Assembly (NCBI GenBank): GCA_963708295.1
Contig: CAVPSJ010000008.1
Coordinates: 256,001-320,000 of the forward strand
DNA: 64,000 nucleotides
Source of the DNA: an uncultured delta proteobacterium
GTDB lineage: Bacteria; Desulfobacterota; BSN033; UBA1163
Direction of reading: 5' to 3'
Shown: in pieces, positions 56,404 through 64,000 of the stretch
Numbering within the stretch: the stretch's first letter is position 1
Layout of the letters: each line of letters begins with the position of its first letter
The notes under the pieces: generated by a model
Database searches by the model: none
Seen by the model: the letters and a program-made list of their open reading frames with translations, nothing else
Told to the model about the DNA's origin: nothing
Position numbers and translations under genes: made by a program

Positions 56404-57246
56404 ATGAGTCGAGTCTATCGTGCCCTTGAAAAAATAGAGGAAGAAAGAAAACAGAAGCTAGAAGAACCCTCTCTTAAAGTAGTTGAGGAGAAGACTGTTC
56501 CGAGGAAGGAAGGACCCGCTTTAGAATTTCGTGAAGAGAAGATAGAGAAGTTGGGGCTCCCTCCAAAAGAAGTCGCTCCTGTTTTAATTGTTCCGCCCCA
56601 TTCTTTTGGTTCAGAAGCATTCCGGAAACTGAAGACTCAGATTTTCCTTCATCCGGGGAATTCTCCTCGTACGATTCTCGTTACGAGCGCAGCACCGCAA
56701 GAGGGGAAAACTCTGGTGGCTGTTAATTTAGCGGTGGCCATTTCAAAAGAAATTCATAGCAACGCCATCCTCGTTGATGGAGACCTCCGAAGGCCGGGGA
56801 TTCATCTTGAGAAAACTCATAGCACCAGGGGCCTCTCAAATTATCTTTCGGATGGGGTTCCCTTATCAGAGATTTTGTTAAATTCTGAGATAGAAAAACT
56901 TCGAATCATTCTGGCAGGTGCTTCGACCCGTAAGTCCTCCGAGCTCATCAGATCAAGAAAAATGGGAGAGCTTCTACAAACCCTAAGAGAATATGGAGAT
57001 AACACCTATATTGTGATCGATTCCCCGCCTATTATGGCAACACCCGATCCAACCTTACTCTCTAAAATGGTAGATGGAATCGTCCTGGTGATAAGGGCCG
57101 GGTATACGTCCAGGGAATCCGTACAAAGCGCAATCAAGTCCATCGATCGCGAGAAGATTATCGGAGTGGTTTTTAACCAAATAAATATTAAGCCATCCAC
57201 TTATTCTTCTGAGTATTATCGATATTATCAATACTATAGGAAATAA
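56404..57246 (+). CDS. CpsD/CapB family tyrosine autokinase
   Basis: TSAAPQEGKT, VDGDLRRP, VIDSPP, C-terminal Tyr cluster YSSEYYRYYQYY. Confidence 0.93.
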   Translation: MSRVYRALEKIEEERKQKLEEPSLKVVEEKTVPRKEGPALEFREEKIEKLGLPPKEVAPVLIVPPHSFGSEAFRKLKTQIFLHPGNSPRTILVTSAAPQEGKTLVAVNLAVAISKEIHSNAILVDGDLRRPGIHLEKTHSTRGLSNYLSDGVPLSEILLNSEIEKLRIILAGASTRKSSELIRSRKMGELLQTLREYGDNTYIVIDSPPIMATPDPTLLSKMVDGIVLVIRAGYTSRESVQSAIKSIDREKIIGVVFNQINIKPSTYSSEYYRYYQYYRK

Positions 57247-57412
57247 AGTTTAATAGTATTGGAAAAGCATTATTTAGGAAAGCAGGAGTAAGAGCAATGG
57301 ATCCATTAACGTAAAATTGGAGGTTTTGTCCGAAACTCGGGAATAATAAAATCAGCGCTGCAGCACAACATTAACTTGTCAACTCAATAGCATTATAAGG
57401 GGTGGTTTTAAT

Positions 57413-57912
57413 ATGAATCTCTGGTATGTCATCCAAACAAAACCTAAGAAAGAAGAAGAGGCGAAGTCTTATCTCTCGACAAAGGGAGTAGAGAGTCTTT
57501 AACCCCCTGATGGAAACCTTTCTGTTGAAGAAACGGAAAGATGAACAGAGAATTGAAGCCCTTTTTCCCAGGTTACATTTTCGGAAAGTTCGATCTGGAG
57601 CAAAATTATCCTCTGGTCAGGTGGGCAAAAGGAGTTAAAAAAGTTTTGGGTTTTGGGGAGTATCCCACACCCATCTCTGATGAAGTGGTGGAGATCATTA
57701 GAGAGAGAACCGATACTCACGGGATTGTGAGATTAAAGCATCATTTTCAAGCCAATGACGTGATCAGGATTAAGACAGGCCCATTAAAGGACCTTTTAGG
57801 TATCTTTGAAAGATGGATTTCCGATAGCGAGCGGGTAAGAATCCTTTTAAACCTGATGGGCTATCAGCCGGTTGTAGAGATTCATTATTCGATGATAGAA
57901 AAAGTGGCTTGA
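57413..57912 (+). CDS. NusG paralog (RfaH/UpxY-like antiterminator); indels near 57495-57535
   Basis: MNLWYVIQTKPKKEEEA N-terminus from ATG 57413; PFFPGYIF; KOW VIRIKTGPLKDLLGIF; RVRILLNLMG. Confidence 0.88.
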
Positions 57913-58078
57913 CGAAGTGCTGCCGTGCCTGGCGGCCAGAGCAGCGCTGCCGTCACTGGCTATCCAGCGGCAGCGGTGCACCACAGCAGAACTTGTTTCT
58001 TTAACCCACATTGAGATTGATGTGGCACACACTTATTTCAATAAAGCGATTTCAGCAGAATCTACCCAAATTCGAACC

Positions 58079-58194
58079 GGCGGTAGCCTATCTTTCTCTC
58101 ATCCCATACGCATAAAGTTGTACCGTGAATCGCCAGAATTGATTTCAAACCCTAGGAATGGCGGGGCTCCGACCGCCCATCAGGCGGTAGCAGG
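58079..58194 (+). promoter_or_regulatory. Two ops-like elements
   Basis: GGCGGTAGC at 58079-58087 and 58183-58191, in the leader between the NusG paralog and the sugar dehydrogenase gene. Confidence 0.65.
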
Positions 58195-58520
58195 TTCGTT
58201 TCGTCTGGAACAAGGCCATTCGGTCTGCGACTTGGACTTCGATGTTATCTAGGAGGTGGGTCATCCCATGATTATCAAATCTTGTTTGCCCTGAGAGTTT
58301 CATGAGATAAAAAAGGATGGAAAAGAAGAGACGAGTCACTGCCGGAGGGAAAATTGTTGGGCTCGATATTCCAAGTGTGTCCTTGTAAAGGCTCTCGAAA
58401 AGTTCTTGAAAGAAGAATCCTCCCGACAGGATCGCCCCTTCTCCGCCTCGCATCTCTGATCGCCTAAACCCATCCATCCTTGATCCCACAGGTCTATTTT
58501 ATTAAACGAAGGAGTGAACT

Positions 58521-60158
58521 ATGCCCCAGTATTCTATCAGTCCAACCGGAGAAAAATTTGAATTACCAGGTCAAGAAGAAAATTCAAAGGAGCTCGAACG
58601 TTTGAGGGAGGTTGTAAACAACCAACGTGCCTTCGGGCGGGAGATTGTTTTGGTGATGGGATTGGGGTTTGTCGGGGTGGTCATGGCGGCAGTGATTGCG
58701 GACGCCACAGATGAAACAGGTCATCCTACAAAATTCGTTATTGGGATGCAGAGACCGAGCACTCGAAGTTTCTGGAAAATTCCGCTCCTCAATCGTGGGA
58801 TTTCACCCGTAAGCTCAGAAGATCCTGAAGTTCCATTGTTGATCAACCGCTGTGTCAACGAGAAAAAGACGCTCATCGCTACCTTTACCTATGATGCGCT
58901 TAAGCTTGCAGATGTTGTCGTGGTGGATGTCCAGTGCGACTACTTTAAAGAATCACTTGGAAATGTGAGAGACGGCCGGGCTGACATGGATGCTTTAGAA
59001 GAATCTCTGGAGATCATAGGCCAACATATCGGTCCAGAGACATTGGTTTTAATCGAGACAACGGTGGCCCCGGGGACAACGGAACAGATAGCCTACCCGA
59101 TCATAAAAAAAATGTTTCGGAAACGGGGTATTCAAACGGACCCACTTCTGGCTCACAGTTTTGAAAGGGTCATGCCCGGCAGAAATTATGTGTCGAGTAT
59201 CCGTGATTTCTGGAGGGTATGTAGCGGCGTTAATGAAGAAGCTACCTCAAAAGTTGTTAAGTTCTTGAAAGAAGTAATCAATACTGAAAAGTATCCGCTG
59301 ACTGTACTTGATCGGCCTATTGAATCCGAGACAACGAAAATCGTTGAAAACAGTTTCAGAGCTGCCATTCTCGCCTTTCTTGACGAATGGAGCATTTTTG
59401 CAGAGCAAAATGGGGTTGACCTCATCAAGGTCATCAATGCAATTAAGGTCCGGCCCACGCATAGCAATATCATATTTCCGGGGCCAGGTATTGGTGGCTA
59501 CTGTCTTCCAAAAGATGGCGGTCTGGGTCTGTGGGCATATCGCCATATCCATGGTTTTGAGGATGATATTTTCAAAATTACACCGCTTGCAATAAATATT
59601 AATGATACCCGGTCGCTTCATGTGGCTCAACTGACTCGGGATGCTTTACGGAATATGGGGCGACCGATTGCCTCTGCAGAGATTCTGGTTCTTGGAGCTT
59701 CGTACAGGGAGGATGTTGGAGATTCCCGATATAGTGGCTCTGAATTGATCGTGCGACGGCTAACAGAAATGGGAGCAGAATTAAGGGTCCACGATCCTTA
59801 CGTGCTTCACTGGTGGGAGTTTGAGAAACAGGATGAGTATCCGGCGTCTTCACATAGTTTGAAAAGATTTTTCCGCGGTCAGGAAAGACTGAAGGATCTC
59901 CGGGTTGAGCAAAGTCTTGAGAAAGCACTACATGGGACAGATGCGGTCATTCTTGCGGTAAGGCATAAACATTACTTGAACCTTGATCCGGACGAAGTCG
60001 TGAAAAGTGCCGGCGGGCCGATAGCCGTGATTGACTGTTTCGGTATCCTCGACGACGCAAGGATAAAACGCTACTTCGAACTCGGGTGTGAGGTGAAGGG
60101 ATTAGGGCGAGGCCACGTGAAAAGAATCAAGGATCAGGTGCGAGAAGCAAAAGCGTAA
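58521..60158 (+). CDS. Nucleotide-sugar dehydrogenase (UDP-glucose/GDP-mannose/UDP-HexNAc dehydrogenase family)
   Basis: GLGFVG, ETTVAPGTT, ERVMPG, KIVENSFR, GIGGYCLPKD, SYREDVGDSR. Confidence 0.92.
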   Translation: MPQYSISPTGEKFELPGQEENSKELERLREVVNNQRAFGREIVLVMGLGFVGVVMAAVIADATDETGHPTKFVIGMQRPSTRSFWKIPLLNRGISPVSSEDPEVPLLINRCVNEKKTLIATFTYDALKLADVVVVDVQCDYFKESLGNVRDGRADMDALEESLEIIGQHIGPETLVLIETTVAPGTTEQIAYPIIKKMFRKRGIQTDPLLAHSFERVMPGRNYVSSIRDFWRVCSGVNEEATSKVVKFLKEVINTEKYPLTVLDRPIESETTKIVENSFRAAILAFLDEWSIFAEQNGVDLIKVINAIKVRPTHSNIIFPGPGIGGYCLPKDGGLGLWAYRHIHGFEDDIFKITPLAININDTRSLHVAQLTRDALRNMGRPIASAEILVLGASYREDVGDSRYSGSELIVRRLTEMGAELRVHDPYVLHWWEFEKQDEYPASSHSLKRFFRGQERLKDLRVEQSLEKALHGTDAVILAVRHKHYLNLDPDEVVKSAGGPIAVIDCFGILDDARIKRYFELGCEVKGLGRGHVKRIKDQVREAKA

Positions 60159-60417
60159 CTTCTTCTCAACATACCCTTGCAATTTGCAGAAGATAAAATG
60201 TGAAGTTTTTTACTGTCAGGAGGGCTTTTGGTTCTTGGTCTGGAGGAGGCATGGCAGTAAGGATAAGCGATATGGATGATACCTTGAAAAATGAGTGTGC
60301 ACGATCGGATGGTCTCCCGCTCATAAGAAAAGCATACGATGAAGCCCTTGATGGGATTGTCGCTTCCTGTAATTAACAGTGCGATTAACAGCAATCCAAA
60401 AAGATAGAGAAATATTG

Positions 60418-62495
60418 ATGAAAAGGCTCTTACGGATATTTTTATGTGTCATCCTCCCTTGCAGCCTTTCCTATGCGAAGAATACAGTAAATATACAATC
60501 TTATATCCTTCGGAATAGGGTAGTCGTATTGGATCAGGTCTTAATGAAAAAAGCTCTCTATGTCTCTTTCTCATTCAGTGGGAGTATAAAACAACATGAA
60601 GATCTGAGTGTTCATGGACTTCTTCTAAACGGTGATAAGATCGTCTCTGAAACCTCTCTGAAGGCTTTTAGTGAAAATAACGGTAACCTCGTTTTTGACC
60701 TTCCTTATCAGATATCCGATGGTGAGTACACGATAAAAATTGACGTTCTTACTAACAAGGGAAGTTTAGCGGGGACAGGATCTGTCGCTGTTAAAAGGTC
60801 TGCCTTAAAGAGTTACTTTTATCCGGAAAGTGAGGTTTCTGCTCGCGCTCTTGAAGAAATCCCCGTTAATGAAGGACTTGAAGAAGTCAGGCCGACGATC
60901 CATGATAAATCCGTAGGCTATATGATCTTTTCTCGATCTCCCCTCGAGTATGTTTTTCCTGGGAGGAAACCTAAAAAGTCCGAGATTATTGAGCATGTTA
61001 TGATCAGAGTCGTTCGTAATGAATTTGAACCGTTTACCTTTTCGCTTTATCCTCTTCAAGACCTGGGGACGGTCAAAATATCGGTAACCGATTTAAAGAG
61101 TGCTAAAGAGATCATCTCTAAAAACAAAATAAGGGTTGCTTCCGTTGAAAGGGTACAGGAGACCATTGGATTGCCAGAAGGAAGATTCCTAGATTTGCCA
61201 ACTCTAATCCGGCCGGGAAATCAGGTAAAAGTTGAGAGCGGTAAGTGCCAAAGATTTTGGCTGACCATCAGAATCGACGATAACGTTTTGCCCGGAGCTA
61301 TATAAGGGTAGAATAACGATATTCCCTCAGCATGGATTAGAAACATCGCTTCCTCTCGAAGTAACAGTGTTCGCCCATCTCTCTTGAGGACATTCCAGGG
61401 ATCGATTATTTTATGTTAATGACGTACGAGTTTACAGAATTGACGATGCCTTGGAGTAGTGAAGAGAAAGAGAAAATCTATAGATCAGCTTGTCACATTC
61501 TCGAGGATTACAAAGAGCACGGGATGACCACCCTTTGTTTGCATTCACCTTTTGTACTCATCACAAAGGAAGATGGCACGCCTAACCTTGAGGATATCTT
61601 TGCTGCTTTAAGAGCGGCAAAAGAAATTGGGTTTAAGGCACGGATTATATGGTATATGGGGCATCTTATTCAAACATCTAAGCCTAAACATCCGGGGAAC
61701 ATCATAAGTTTTGATAAGGGGGTTCATTTGTCGCGGCTAAAATATATCGTGGAAACCGTATCTCGGTATGCGAAGGAGCATGGTTGTCCTGAAGTTATTT
61801 TTTTGCCGATTGATGAACCGGGTGATTCGTATCAGGACTTTCAGGATAAGCGCCGGGCCATCACAGCGGTTTTGCTCAAAGCAATAAAAGACTTAGGTGC
61901 CAAAACTATGCTTACGAGCGGTGACCATAAACAATTTAGACCTGTTGATTATTTATGCTCTGGCAAAATGAATAAACAAGATTTAGATGAGGCACATAAA
62001 AGCGGTTCTGTTTACTGGTTATATAATAACGACGTGACTACAAAATGCCTCAGTCCAGCTTATGCCAGATACATTTATGGCTATTACACCTGGATGAATC
62101 ATGTGGATGGGATATCGTCCTGGACGTTCCAGAATACCCAGAATGCAAGGGGCCTGCCGGGACAGGCTGATGTTCATGGCAGCGATATCTATCTTGCGTA
62201 CCCAGATCCGAACGGTCCCATCGCTACTCTTAGATGGGAAGCGATGAGGGAGGGGATAGATGATCATAAGCTTTTATATCAATTGGTGAAACGGATAAAA
62301 AAGCTGGAAGAAAAAGGAATCGATACATCCAAATATAAGGAATTTCTTTTGGGAATCGAGAACAAAGAGGGGACACCTGGCTGCCAAGAAAGAGACGATG
62401 ACAAGTGGACTCCAACATTTTTCGAAGAAAGCAGGGATCATTTAATCTCAATGATTTTAGATGCAATGGCAAAATTAGACCGTTCCCAATCTTGA
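60418..62495 (+). CDS. Secreted glycoside-hydrolase-like protein (GH123/DUF4091-like), split near 61300-61400
   Basis: Signal peptide; RNEFEPF..., QRFWLTI.I...PG; DEP motif; C-terminal P..TLRWEAMREGIDD. Confidence 0.65.
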
Positions 62496-62542
62496 CCTGA
62501 CAATCGTCATATTTTTGCGTATATGTCTTGAAGGAGATTTCT

Positions 62543-62815
62543 ATGGAACTTAATGAAATTAAAGAAATTACAAGAAAAATAGTTGTCGAAATCATTGCAT
62601 CAAATAGCGAAACCGATGAGATACCAGCAAAATTTGGTGATGATGATTCCTTAATTGATGGGGGTCTTATAGATTCTATTAGTTCAGTTCAATTGATCGA
62701 GGAATGCGTACTGAACTTCGGCGTCCTCATCCACCCCGCTGAACTTTCATTAGAAAATTTTGATACCATCAATAGAATTTGTGAGTTTATTCAATCAAAA
62801 TTGGAAGAAAACTAA
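62543..62815 (+). CDS. Acyl/aminoacyl carrier protein
   Basis: Acidic 90-aa protein; GLIDSI phosphopantetheine Ser; ENFDTINRI; RBS AAGGAG. Confidence 0.88.
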   Translation: MELNEIKEITRKIVVEIIASNSETDEIPAKFGDDDSLIDGGLIDSISSVQLIEECVLNFGVLIHPAELSLENFDTINRICEFIQSKLEEN

Positions 62816-62817
62816 CC

Positions 62818-64000
62818 ATGGAGCTAATTCGAGAGATCAGTCAAGTTTTTTCTCAACATAAGGGAAGAGCGGCAATTTCCCGTTACACTCCTCCGAATTC
62901 GTCGATGACTTTAACCTACGGTCAACTAGGGGAAAGAGTTGGAGAATTAGCCCAGTTCTTGCTGGAGCAGGGGATGCAGCCGGGTGACTTGGTTATGAGC
63001 TATATGACGAAGTCACTTGAACTGGTAGTATCAATATTGGCTATCATGTTAAACGGGGGTGTGTGTAGTTCCTTTTACTCCAAACAAAATCCTCAGTATC
63101 CACTGAAGCTGCTTTCAATTGCGTATCCGAGATTTCTTCTGTTGGATGAGAGCACATTAAGAAATATGAAGAAATCAATGAAAATAACTGGGTCAGAGAA
63201 CCGGTATCCTGTATATATGAAATATTCTGAATTCGAGGGGACAGCATTCGCGCAAGATCATCCTGGGAAGGCAATTTATATTTTGAGTGATCCAGCAAGC
63301 AAGAATGACGGCGGGAATGAAGTGCCAGCGATTGATCATCGTTTGAACGAGGCCGCTTGGTGTCTGTTCACATCAGGTTCGACAGGTGTCCCGAAGGGTG
63401 TTCTTATATCGAGAGAAGATCTGTTGCGAAGGGCTATGACAGAGCGTGAGGATTATGAATTAACGGATCAAGACAATCTGTTAAGCTTGCTTCCCTTTTC
63501 ATTCGATGTGGGCTTAAATCAACTCCTGTCGTGCATTTTATCCGGAGGCCATCTTGTGATTTTGAATTCATGGTTTCCAAAAGATATTTTAACAACGATT
63601 AGATCTCAAAGCATTACTGGAATTTCAGGCGTTCCATCCATATGGGCTGATGCAATCACCTATCCGAAAGAACCCGATTTTGAGCAAAACATTCGAACTT
63701 TAAAGTACATAACTGTTTCGGGAGGAGATCTTGCGAAAAATCAATTAGTGCGGCTAAGACAATACTTTGAAAATGTGAGGATATTTAAGACTTACGGACA
63801 GACCGAGACTTTTAGAAGCAGCATACTCAGGCCTTCCGATTTTGAAGGGAAGATGACCTCCGTTGGCCGTGCTGTCAAAGGAACGGAGGTGTTTATCCAA
63901 AACGACAAGGGCGAAGTCAATCCTCCAAACATTGAGGGAGAGATTGTTCATCATGGCGTTGGGACAATGCTCGGGTATATTAATGATTTGGAAGGAACTA
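62818..64000 (+). CDS. AMP-forming acyl-CoA/acyl-ACP ligase (partial, runs off the window)
   Basis: Open frame from ATG 62818 to the window end: FTSGSTGVPKGV, LLPFSFDVGLNQL, YGQTETFRS, EGEIVH.G...MLGY. Absent from the ORF track, presumably because it has no stop. Confidence 0.9.
   Translation, partial: MELIREISQVFSQHKGRAAISRYTPPNSSMTLTYGQLGERVGELAQFLLEQGMQPGDLVMSYMTKSLELVVSILAIMLNGGVCSSFYSKQNPQYPLKLLSIAYPRFLLLDESTLRNMKKSMKITGSENRYPVYMKYSEFEGTAFAQDHPGKAIYILSDPASKNDGGNEVPAIDHRLNEAAWCLFTSGSTGVPKGVLISREDLLRRAMTEREDYELTDQDNLLSLLPFSFDVGLNQLLSCILSGGHLVILNSWFPKDILTTIRSQSITGISGVPSIWADAITYPKEPDFEQNIRTLKYITVSGGDLAKNQLVRLRQYFENVRIFKTYGQTETFRSSILRPSDFEGKMTSVGRAVKGTEVFIQNDKGEVNPPNIEGEIVHHGVGTMLGYINDLEGT

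Noticed and set aside
58023-58040. TGGCAC as a sigma54 -24 box upstream of the ops-like sites
   Set aside because: No GC at the -12 position with correct spacing.

Overview
Bacterial chromosome window, most consistent with a Deltaproteobacteria/Desulfobacterota-type organism (inferred from gene order and 16S; not database-checked). It carries many single-base indels, even in essential tyrS, so it is probably an unpolished long-read assembly. Layout: (1) htrA/degP. (2) An ~18-kb minus-strand array (2051-20158) of six secreted proteins with unrelated N-terminal domains, all fused to the same C-terminal DxDGDG/FG-GAP-like repeat tail, plus two gene remnants, near-identical tails and a stranded copy of the sucC promoter. 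(3) Housekeeping block sucCD, prfB (+1 frameshift), zapB-zapA, a long structured spacer (candidate oversized 6S RNA), rny, ymdB, tyrS. (4) A full rrn operon 16S-tRNA-Ile-tRNA-Ala-23S-5S, followed by an unexplained ~245-nt folded element. (5) Mixed metabolic genes, including a DsbA/FrnE-like selenoprotein (UxxC plus SECIS-like hairpin) that the ORF track truncates. (6) A sigma54 regulatory island with three enhancer-binding proteins (one with an altered Walker B), two Asp-to-Glu pseudo-receivers and two degenerate GGDEF domains. (7) An exosortase-A-type exopolysaccharide locus with a NusG/RfaH paralog and two ops-like elements, running off the window end. The best candidates for an undescribed system are the variable-head/common-tail array and the pseudo-enzyme-rich sigma54/c-di-GMP island. 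All family calls are by motif recognition; no searches were run.
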